Shown one piece after another: positions 1-7,803 of a stretch of 17,236 nucleotides of DNA; within the stretch, counting starts at the first letter, position 1, and the number at the start of each line of letters is the position of its first letter. Position numbers and translations under genes: made by a program. The DNA comes from Calditrichia bacterium. Its GTDB lineage: Bacteria > Calditrichota > Calditrichia > RBG-13-44-9. The notes below the pieces were generated by a model. The model was given only the letters and a program-made list of their open reading frames with translations. It was not told the DNA's origin and searched no databases. Location: NCBI GenBank assembly GCA_037381445.1, contig JARRQT010000034.1, forward strand, positions 1 through 17,236. Direction: 5' to 3'.

Positions 1-54
1 GAGAATTCTCTGATAATTATTTCTGAACCGGTTTCGGGCCGGAACAGAGGGATA

Positions 55-1269
55 TCAGATACGGGCTTTCAATTTGGGCAGATCCGGCTCCGCTCCCAGA
101 TCAGCGGCGATTTCCTGCGTTTTCCTGCGGCTCAGGTTCAGCAGATCATCCTGAGAAAACAGCCTGCGGCCGGAAGCCGATTTGGCGGACATCATCCGTT
201 CCGTGCAGCTATAGCAAGGGTCCACGGCCGCCAGGGTGATGGCGACGTCGGCCACCTGCTGACCGATACAGGAGGCGTGAAAAGACGGAATATTGATGTA
301 GCTGGGTGCCCGTACCTTCACTCTCTCCGGGTAATTGGTGCCGTTGGAGCGCACGTAGTGGATATCCTCTCCCCGCGGTGCTTCGTAGCGCCCGATTCCC
401 TCGCCGGGCGGGACTTCCTTCACTTTCAGGAGAAAATCGCCTTTAGGAATCAGATCAATAGCCTGCCGCAGAATTTTTATGGATTCCAGGACTTCCAGCA
501 CCCGCACCAGAAATTTGGCGTAGACATCGCCGCTGTTTAACGTTACAACGCTCCAGTCGAGATACGGGTAAGCGGCATATGGCTCATCCCGCCGCACGTC
601 GATATCCACACCGGAAGCCCGGGCGGTTGGTCCCACCACGCAATAATCGATGGCATCCTTTTTCTTCAATATTCCCACGCCGCCCAGTCGCGCTTTGAGG
701 ACCGGGTCGTCCTGTACGGCCTCCGCGAGCATTTTTATTTTGGGTTCCAGTTCATCAAGGGTTTTGCGGAGGGCAGGAAAATTTCTGTCATCCAGATCCC
801 TTCGGACGCCGCCAACTTTCAGCATGCCGCAGCTCTGGCGATTGCCGGTGAGCAGTTCCATCATATCCAGGATTGGCTCCCGGTACTTCCAGGCCCACAT
901 AAAAACCGTGTTATACCCGATAAAATGGCCTGCCAGACCTGCCCATAACAGATGGCTGTGAATGCGTTCAATCTCGCCCAAAATGGTGCGGATGTATTTC
1001 GCACGTTCCGGAATATCAATCTGCAGGATGTCTTCCACCGCATGGCAAAAACATACCGTATGGGTGATGGAACAAATGCCGCAGATTCGCTCCACCAGAA
1101 AAACAATCTGGTCATAGGTTTTTTGCTGGGCAAGCAGTTCAATACCTTTATGGATATATCCTATATTGACATCAATATCCACAACAGTTTCGCCTTCCAC
1201 CGTCAGAAGAAAATTTTCCGGTTCATCCTGCAGCGGGTGGAATGGTCCAATGGGAATAACTGAACGCAT
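55..1269 (-). CDS. Group 4 [NiFe]-hydrogenase large subunit (NuoD/EchE/MbhL/HycE-like)
   Basis: N-terminal IPIGPFHP...GYIHKGIE (NuoD family). L1 motif ERICGICSITH and L2 motif DPCYSCTER carry all four Ni-ligating Cys. YEAPRGE motif; 46-aa C-terminal extension after the L2 Arg; RBS AAGGAG upstream. Confidence 0.93.
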   Translation of the reverse strand: MRSVIPIGPFHPLQDEPENFLLTVEGETVVDIDVNIGYIHKGIELLAQQKTYDQIVFLVERICGICSITHTVCFCHAVEDILQIDIPERAKYIRTILGEIERIHSHLLWAGLAGHFIGYNTVFMWAWKYREPILDMMELLTGNRQSCGMLKVGGVRRDLDDRNFPALRKTLDELEPKIKMLAEAVQDDPVLKARLGGVGILKKKDAIDYCVVGPTARASGVDIDVRRDEPYAAYPYLDWSVVTLNSGDVYAKFLVRVLEVLESIKILRQAIDLIPKGDFLLKVKEVPPGEGIGRYEAPRGEDIHYVRSNGTNYPERVKVRAPSYINIPSFHASCIGQQVADVAITLAAVDPCYSCTERMMSAKSASGRRLFSQDDLLNLSRRKTQEIAADLGAEPDLPKLKARI

Positions 1270-1336
1270 TAAAAACTCCTTGAATTATAGATAGCTTACC
1301 TGTTTATGAAGACGAATATCATCAGGCTGATGAAGA

Positions 1337-1903
1337 TTATGTCTTCGCATCGCTTTTGGCGGGAGTTGTTTCGTTTGCTGATTCTTCCAGCTCGCCGAAG
1401 AAGCTGATTTTGGGAATCAGACCGTGCTTTTCCTTGAATTTCCGGATATCAAAGTCCTTGCGGAAAGGGAATTCGTTATCCTCCAGAAATTCAGCTTTTA
1501 CCAGGCGCTTCAGATTGGGATGGCCTTCAAAATGAACACCCAGAATGTCGTGAATCTCCCTTTCAATCCACAGGGTGCCGGGAATGATCGAAACCAGGGA
1601 ATCCAGTGTGGGGTCATCGCGCGGCGCAATGGTTTTCACGGTGCAGATGAATCCGTGGCGGTCGATGGTAAAATGATATAGAACCTCAAAACCTTCCCGC
1701 ACATCGATTCCGGTAGCGATGGAAAATTTGGCGCCCATTCCCCGGAACAGCGTGTGGGCAATTTCTTTCAGGTTTTCCCGCGGGACCCGGATATAAACCC
1801 GCCGTGGCGAGGCCTGCTGGATCTCGCAGGAAATTTTATAGAATTGTTTAAACTCTTCAATAAATTCGGGAATACTCATTTTTTCCATACTTTTTTTATC
1901 CAT
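1337..1903 (-). CDS. NuoC/EchD/MbhK-like subunit of the group 4 hydrogenase
   Basis: Complex I 30 kDa signature ATGID...FEVLYHF...WIEREIHDILGVHFEGHPNLKRL...FPFRKDF. The start could be a few codons downstream (Met at 1888 or 1879). Confidence 0.9.
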   Translation of the reverse strand: MDKKSMEKMSIPEFIEEFKQFYKISCEIQQASPRRVYIRVPRENLKEIAHTLFRGMGAKFSIATGIDVREGFEVLYHFTIDRHGFICTVKTIAPRDDPTLDSLVSIIPGTLWIEREIHDILGVHFEGHPNLKRLVKAEFLEDNEFPFRKDFDIRKFKEKHGLIPKISFFGELEESANETTPAKSDAKT

Positions 1904-1938
1904 GTGATTTTTTCGCGATTCTATAAAAAAATATGAAT

Positions 1939-2373
1939 TCAGATTTTCCCAAGCGCCTTCACCAGCGCCATAATCATGGTCTCCGGTTTGGGAGGGCAGC
2001 CCGGGACGTAGACAAACACGGCATTGGGATCAATCTCGCGGATGACCTTATCCACCGGCCCGGCAACGCTATAGGCATCTTTGAAAATGCCCATTGTGCA
2101 AGCGCAGGCGCCGATGCAGGCCACCACGCAGGGTTTGGGCACCTGCCTGTACACTTCCTGTAAGCGGGGCCTGATATGATATGTCACCGGACCGCTGACC
2201 AGAAGCACATCGGCATGCCGGGGGCTTACCACCAGCTTGATTCCGAACCGTTCCGCGTCAAAACGGGGCGTCAGGCAATCCAGTATCTCAATATCGCAAT
2301 TGTTGCAGCCGCCGGTGCCGACATGGTAAACCCAGGGGGATTTTTTAAGCCATCGCGTATTTAAACCTGGCAT
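1939..2373 (-). CDS. Group 4 hydrogenase small subunit (NuoB/EchC/MbhJ/HycG-like), one [4Fe-4S]
   Basis: GGCNNCDIE (CxxC, hydrogenase-type rather than the NuoB CC), SPRHADVLLVSGPV, IGACA, VPGCPPKPE. Confidence 0.93.
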   Translation of the reverse strand: MPGLNTRWLKKSPWVYHVGTGGCNNCDIEILDCLTPRFDAERFGIKLVVSPRHADVLLVSGPVTYHIRPRLQEVYRQVPKPCVVACIGACACTMGIFKDAYSVAGPVDKVIREIDPNAVFVYVPGCPPKPETMIMALVKALGKI

Positions 2374-2503
2374 AATAGGACTCCGTAACTTTCAGAAAAA
2401 AATCAGAGTTTAGTAAAGAATTTGGGGATGAAATCCAAATTGTATGGTGAACGACCATCAGAATTTTAAGTGACTTGTTCAGAAATTGGACCCTGATTTT
2501 AAA

Positions 2504-3439
2504 TCAATATCCCAAAAACATCAATACCATTCCCGCCGCTGCGATGAGGGTCACCCATCCCCAGAAAAATTTCACCGCCTGATCGATCCGCACGCGGGGG
2601 TTGGTGTTTTTGACCAGCACCACGACAGTGATAATCAACAGATATTTCAGGACCGACCAGAGAATCCCCCAGCCTTCCAGCCTTGTGCCGCTCCAGAAGA
2701 GACTGATGATAAACCACGGCACCACCACGTAAAGCATCGCATTCATGATCTTGTACAGACCTAGCGCCGGCCCGGAATATTCCAGAAAGGGACCTTCCAT
2801 GATCTCGCATTCCGCTTCACTGATGTCGAACGGCACCTGGGCCAGTTTGGCCTGCAGGCAGACCAGTGCAACCACAAATGCCGCCGTCATGGAAATATGA
2901 TTGATCAGAGCGCCGTGTATTTCCTGATACTGAATAATCTCTCCCAGCGACAGGCTGCCAACCTTGAACAGAACCGTCGCTACCGCAATAATAAAGGGCA
3001 GCTCATATCCCATCATTAATTTGATTTCGCGGCTGGCCCCCAGTGCGCTTATGGGATTACCGGAAGCAAAACCGCCCCACACAATGCTCAGCGGCGGCAG
3101 GACCATCAGGTAGATGATAACTATCACATCCCCCACAAAATGAATATCGGGATTCAGGTTTATGATGCCAAGCATGGTTGCGAGAAGTGTCGTGGCAGCC
3201 ACCCCAATCAGGGGCGCCAGCAGAAATCCGGCACGCCGGGCAGCGGAGGGAATGAGCAGCTCCTTGTTCCAGAGCTTAAAAATGTCGTAAAACGGCTGAA
3301 AGAAGGGAGGCCCGACCCGCCACTGAACCAGGGCGGTGACTTTCCGGTCTACCCAACTGGTGATGAGTCCGAACGCGGCCGTAAAAAGGAATCCCGGAAA
3401 AATCAGGAAAGCAATCAGGTATTGGGTAATATTTTCCAT
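2504..3439 (-). CDS. Membrane subunit NuoH/EchB/HycD/MbhM-like
   Basis: DRKVTALVQWRVGPP...QPFYDIFKL, GASRE, PFDISEAECEIMEGPFLEYSG and PRVRIDQ motifs; about 8 hydrophobic segments. Confidence 0.93.
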   Translation of the reverse strand: MENITQYLIAFLIFPGFLFTAAFGLITSWVDRKVTALVQWRVGPPFFQPFYDIFKLWNKELLIPSAARRAGFLLAPLIGVAATTLLATMLGIINLNPDIHFVGDVIVIIYLMVLPPLSIVWGGFASGNPISALGASREIKLMMGYELPFIIAVATVLFKVGSLSLGEIIQYQEIHGALINHISMTAAFVVALVCLQAKLAQVPFDISEAECEIMEGPFLEYSGPALGLYKIMNAMLYVVVPWFIISLFWSGTRLEGWGILWSVLKYLLIITVVVLVKNTNPRVRIDQAVKFFWGWVTLIAAAGMVLMFLGY

Positions 3440-3564
3440 TTAATCTTCCTTAAAAAATCCTGGATATTCTGTAAATGATGAAAGGAGCAATGCATGTTGT
3501 TTTGGATGCCTAATGAAGAGTGGCAGGGAAACATGATGTATCCGGACTGTTCACATCCGCGCTG

Positions 3565-4320
3565 TTAATAAAAATGATATCTCACATCCTCCAGCGCTTT
3601 CAGATTATGTTTGGCGCGGTCGTGCTCGGGATCCAGATTTAGTACATTTTTAAAGCTCTCGATGGCCTTGTCCAGTTCGCCTTTTTTATAATAGGCAACC
3701 CCCAACTGGAAATGTGCCGGCGCATCCGACGCGTTGTCAGCTACGACTTTTTCGAAATTGATAATGGTTGAATCAATATTTCCCAGTTGCGCGCATGCCT
3801 CACCCAGATGATAATAGGCGATTGTAAATTCAGGATTCATTTCCAGCAGCCGGCGAAAAGTGTCACAGGTCTCCTGCAACTGGCCGTGGTGATAGTAGCA
3901 GATGCCCAGCCAGTAGTAGGCCATCAGAAAATCATGATCGATGCGAAGGGTCCGCTGAAACTGTTCAATCGCTTCCGAAATCTGCGCCTTTCGGTACAGC
4001 GCCAGTCCCATGCCGTAATAGGCGCCGGCCTGATTTGGTTTCATCTCGATACTTCGCTGATACTGTTCGATGGCCTCATCCAGCTTGCCAAGCCGGTAAA
4101 ACAGGTTTCCGATATGCAGGGCGATTTCAGGCTTGCGGTTCATGGCATCGGCCTTCATAAATTCCTCAGCGGCCTCCTCAATCTGGCCTTCGCTTTCAAA
4201 AAGTGTGGCTTTCTCAAGCAATTTTTCGTAGTCCCTGACTCCCTCTTTGAGGGGGGTCCCGCATTCCTTGCAGAAATTATGGGTCTTGGGGTTACGGGTT
4301 TGACATACCGGACAGATCAT
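3565..4320 (-). CDS. Zinc-ribbon + tetratricopeptide repeat protein
   Basis: N-terminal CPVC-x10-CKECG, then about 6 repeats of ~34 aa with TPR consensus (e.g. AYYGMGLALYRKAQISEAIEQFQRTLRIDH, AHFQLGVAYYKKGELDKAIESFKNVLNLDP); RBS AAGGAG. Confidence 0.88.
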   Translation of the reverse strand: MICPVCQTRNPKTHNFCKECGTPLKEGVRDYEKLLEKATLFESEGQIEEAAEEFMKADAMNRKPEIALHIGNLFYRLGKLDEAIEQYQRSIEMKPNQAGAYYGMGLALYRKAQISEAIEQFQRTLRIDHDFLMAYYWLGICYYHHGQLQETCDTFRRLLEMNPEFTIAYYHLGEACAQLGNIDSTIINFEKVVADNASDAPAHFQLGVAYYKKGELDKAIESFKNVLNLDPEHDRAKHNLKALEDVRYHFY

Positions 4321-4414
4321 TTATCTCTCCTTCCTCATTTATTTGCCATCATCTTTTAAGACTCGGATTTGGGTTTAGCCTCATGGAAGCAAAGCATAGT
4401 TGATAATTAAAACC

Positions 4415-4900
4415 TTACATACGCCGTATTTTTGAATGGGCAACAATCCGGCTGCCGATAAAGGTGGCCGGAACCTCGGTCGGGGTCAGTTCCACAAATT
4501 GCAGGGCGCCGGCAGGGCAGGCCGATACGCAGCGCGGCTGTTTTCCCTGCTGCACGCGGTCAATGCACAAGTCACATTTTGGGGAAACATGCCGCGTGAA
4601 TTCATCTCCGATTACGCCAAACGGGCAGGCCAGGGAGCAGGACTGGCATCCAACGCAGAGCATGTTTGAGCGCGTGACATACCCGTCTTCATCCTGAAAT
4701 AACGCGCCGGTGGGGCAGGCTGCCATACACGCCGGATTCAGGCAGTGACGGCAGTTTGCCGGTACCAGCGCAATGCGTTCCACGGCACTGTGAACAAGGT
4801 TGCTCTGGTTATGATGTCCATAGTGGCAGGCTGCGGAGCAGCTCCGGCACCCAATACAAAGATCCAAATTGACAACAATTCTTTTTTCTATGTTTGGCAT
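4415..4900 (-). CDS. 4x[4Fe-4S] electron-transfer protein (HycB/CooF/DmsB family)
   Basis: 16 Cys in the DmsB/HycB arrangement (CIGCRSCSAAC; CRHCLNPACMAACP; CVGCQSCSLACP; CDLC...CVSACP). Start placed at ATG 4900 (MPNIEK), which has GGGGAG upstream, rather than 4930. Confidence 0.9.
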   Translation of the reverse strand: MPNIEKRIVVNLDLCIGCRSCSAACHYGHHNQSNLVHSAVERIALVPANCRHCLNPACMAACPTGALFQDEDGYVTRSNMLCVGCQSCSLACPFGVIGDEFTRHVSPKCDLCIDRVQQGKQPRCVSACPAGALQFVELTPTEVPATFIGSRIVAHSKIRRM

Positions 4901-4976
4901 GAACTTTACTCCCCGCAGGCAATTAATCATAGGGTTTGGTATGAATATCCCGGTTTATGCAGCCGGGCAGACATTC

Positions 4977-6776
4977 TTACTCATTGGTGCGGATTTTGGG
5001 ACACCAGAAGTAATATTCACGGTTATGCTCTGCGAACTCACCGGACATCATTCGACGGGCAGGAAGGTAGTGGGAGTTCGGAACCAGAACATTCGGAGGT
5101 AAATTCTCGTCGATTTGGCTTTTGAACACTATCCGCTTCCCATTATGGGTTATGTTAAAATATTGTTCGTTTTCTACCTTTAGCGCCGCGGCTTCTTCCG
5201 CTGAAAGCTTCATTTGCTTATTTTCATGTTCAACCGCGGCCCACGATGAAAACTGAGTCAACTGCCCATCGCCATAATGTATCTGATGATCGGCGGGAAT
5301 CAGCCATTTTCCGGGTGCGGCAGTCTGTCTCTCCAGTTGCTGACGGTAATATGAAAATTCCTCCTGTAAGGCCGTTGTCCAGTCCTTCCGGTACGGTTCC
5401 ACTCCGTTTCCGGCCAGCGTGATATTCTTTTCCGAAAGTTTCTGGTTGAGAAGGTAGGTTAAATGGGAAAGCGATTGGGCCGAACCGATGGGTGTTTTGA
5501 CTGCCGGAGACCCCTGGGACTGCCAGGGCAAAAAGCTTGTGCGGAGGTCCATCTGTTCGTACAAATATGCCTGCGCCAATAGGGCCTTTGTATTTTCCGG
5601 GAACTGGTCTTTGACCAGCGAGCTGATAATCCACGAAGATCCGTCGGGCCAGTCCATTACTCCCGGATAAGCGCTCTCCGGATTCCACCCGATTGCATAA
5701 ATATATTGATATTTATTCTGCAGAAGGTGGTAGAGCAGGGGCTTTCTTCCGATGTCAAGCTTCTTAAATGCGTCCCTGGATAACTCCTCGATTGCATACA
5801 GATTGCCGTCCGTGTACAAGGGGATAAAGGAACTGTCGCTAATCTGTGCTAGGGCCGCGCATGCCATGCCTGACAGATAGCTTCCGGCGGCATTATAAAG
5901 ATGGGTGGAATAAAAGATGGCGGATTTCTGATTGGAGGCTAGCACCTCTGCAATCCGTTTCAGCGAAACCAGTTGGGCCGGTGGAACGAATTCGGTAATA
6001 ATGGGAAGCACATCTTTCCGGATAAAGTCACCGAGCCAGATCTGTTCATCGCTCAGCCGGCTGCTTTTCTTTAATTCCAGTGCGGTATTCAGCAGGTAAA
6101 ACAGATGCAGCGGTTCATGATGCGGAGTATTCTGAATGTGTATATTGGAAAACCAGCTGGTTTTGCCGGGAATTGGATTTATGGTATAGAAACCGTTTTT
6201 CCGAAAAGCATATTTCGCTTTCAGCATGTGCCGGCTGAGGACCGGCTGTTTTGTGAAAACATCCCCCATGTATAATACATGATTCATATTTTTGAGCAGA
6301 CGGGCGTCGTCGCAGCGGGAGAAGGAGAAGGGAACATCGAGGAGCGCCCGGAACAGATGGCGGTCGGCCGGCATGATGAAATCGATGGCCTGCAGTTTCA
6401 TGTTTACGGCGAATTCCAGGATGGTACGGATATCGTGCAGTGACAGCAGGGGATTGGCAAGAATGGCCATTGGAGAAGGGAAGGATTCCTTTTTCAGATT
6501 GGCCGCAATATTCTCAAAAATAAGTTCCGTGATTTGCGGCTGGAGACTGCCGTTGGATTTGTAATACGACCGGCCCAGCCGCTGCGGGTGAGAGAGCAGT
6601 TCGTAGGCAAAATGTCCCCGCGGGCAGAGGGCACCTTCATTCACGGGATTCTCGTAATCGTAATCAATTGCGTCCCGGGTCCGCCCCGAAAAGACGACAT
6701 CATCCTGGCCCTTAAGTATTTTGAAGCGGCAGCCGACAGCACAGAAGGGACATGTGACCTGAAATTCTTGTTTCAT
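4977..6776 (-). CDS. Molybdopterin-oxidoreductase-family (FdhA/NuoG C-terminal-like) protein with N-terminal [4Fe-4S], probably non-catalytic
   Basis: TCPFCAVGC...VNEGALCPRG...HPQRL N-terminal FeS domain. Degenerate LAQAYLYEQ (cf. LPAAxxxEK) and C-terminal LSAEEAAALKVEN...IDENLPPNV (cf. bis-MGD-binding barrel). No Cys/Sec at the expected Mo-ligand position. Confidence 0.75.
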   Translation of the reverse strand: MKQEFQVTCPFCAVGCRFKILKGQDDVVFSGRTRDAIDYDYENPVNEGALCPRGHFAYELLSHPQRLGRSYYKSNGSLQPQITELIFENIAANLKKESFPSPMAILANPLLSLHDIRTILEFAVNMKLQAIDFIMPADRHLFRALLDVPFSFSRCDDARLLKNMNHVLYMGDVFTKQPVLSRHMLKAKYAFRKNGFYTINPIPGKTSWFSNIHIQNTPHHEPLHLFYLLNTALELKKSSRLSDEQIWLGDFIRKDVLPIITEFVPPAQLVSLKRIAEVLASNQKSAIFYSTHLYNAAGSYLSGMACAALAQISDSSFIPLYTDGNLYAIEELSRDAFKKLDIGRKPLLYHLLQNKYQYIYAIGWNPESAYPGVMDWPDGSSWIISSLVKDQFPENTKALLAQAYLYEQMDLRTSFLPWQSQGSPAVKTPIGSAQSLSHLTYLLNQKLSEKNITLAGNGVEPYRKDWTTALQEEFSYYRQQLERQTAAPGKWLIPADHQIHYGDGQLTQFSSWAAVEHENKQMKLSAEEAAALKVENEQYFNITHNGKRIVFKSQIDENLPPNVLVPNSHYLPARRMMSGEFAEHNREYYFWCPKIRTNE

Positions 6777-6922
6777 TATCTGTTACCTTGCCATTTTATT
6801 CGGTATGGGAAAACCAAATGCGGGAAAATCTTTTTTGTTGAATGGTATGAATATTTTTTTGACGGATTGATTGAAAAATTGTTCTTCATTCCGCTGGCAT
6901 CATAAAGGATTAAAATGCCATA

Positions 6923-7738
6923 TCAGCCGAAAACATCCGGATATTTCTGAATTTTTGCATAATTCATGTCAGGCCCGTCTTTGCACAGATAGTAAGGTCC
7001 GATATTACATCGCCCGCAGATTCCCATGCCGCAGCTCATATTCCGGTTCATGGAGAGATAGATTTGCTCCGGCTTAAATCCCACGCTGAGCAGTTTCATG
7101 GTGACAAATTTCAGCATGATTTCCGGGCCGCAGGAGACGACAAAGCTGTTGTCAAGATCAATATCAGTATGGTTGAGCAGTTCTGTTACAAGGCCGACGC
7201 GTCCTTCCCAGTTTCCGTTGGCGCTGTCTACGCTGACCTCCATATCAACTTTGGGCAGATTCCGCCACTCCTCATACTGACGGCGGAAACTTAACTCCGA
7301 AGGATTCCGGGCGCCGTATTTAATGGAAACCCGCTTGAATTTTTCCAGATTGTGGAAGAGAGCATACAGCAGGGCCCGCAAAGGCGCCAGACCGACGCCG
7401 CCCCCTACAACCAGAATTTCCCTGCCCTCAAATTTGTCAATCGGATAGCCTTTCCCGAAAGGCCCCCGCAGTCCCACCTTATCACCGGGATTTAAATCGT
7501 GAACCGCTTCGGTGACCCGGCCGGCCCGCAGGATAGTGATTTCCATATTTTCCGGTTTGTAAGGCGAGGAAGAGGGGGTGAAGGGCGCTTCTCCCACACC
7601 CGGAACGGTGAGCTGCATGAACTGCCCCGAGCGAAACAAAATCGGTTCCGGCGGCTGCAGCACCAGTGTCTTGATGGTCGGCGTTTCGGTAATTACATCC
7701 AGTACTCTGGTATCCAAAGGTTGATATACATTTTTCAT
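6923..7738 (-). CDS. FAD/NAD(P)-binding [2Fe-2S] oxidoreductase (AsrB/HyhG/FlxA/PyrK-like)
   Basis: GQFMQL...GVGEAPF, GLRGPFGKGYP, VGGGVGLAPLR, SCGPEIM, MSCGMGICGRC...LCKDGP. Confidence 0.92.
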   Translation of the reverse strand: MKNVYQPLDTRVLDVITETPTIKTLVLQPPEPILFRSGQFMQLTVPGVGEAPFTPSSSPYKPENMEITILRAGRVTEAVHDLNPGDKVGLRGPFGKGYPIDKFEGREILVVGGGVGLAPLRALLYALFHNLEKFKRVSIKYGARNPSELSFRRQYEEWRNLPKVDMEVSVDSANGNWEGRVGLVTELLNHTDIDLDNSFVVSCGPEIMLKFVTMKLLSVGFKPEQIYLSMNRNMSCGMGICGRCNIGPYYLCKDGPDMNYAKIQKYPDVFG

Positions 7739-7803
7739 GGAATGTCTCTTGTCTCTGTTTTGCTGAATTCTATTAGCTCAATTGTCCGCAACTTTATGGT
7801 GAA

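Noticed and set aside
21..50. Imperfect inverted repeat (TCTG..CCGG/CCGG..CAGA) just downstream of the group 4 large subunit
   Set aside because: The stem is mismatched on the minus strand and has no U-tract, so it cannot be called a terminator. It does not show that the operon ends here.
55..3439. Interpretation as complex I (nuoHBCD) or a Ni-free Ehr/Mbx-type complex
   Set aside because: Both CxxC Ni-binding motifs are intact in the large subunit and the small subunit has CxxC, indicating a true [NiFe]-hydrogenase.
6895..6925. Selenocysteine recoding of the TGA ending the AsrB-like gene
   Set aside because: The TGA is not at a conserved Cys position, the protein looks complete, and the downstream hairpin loop (TCCT) lacks the G typical of bacterial SECIS elements.
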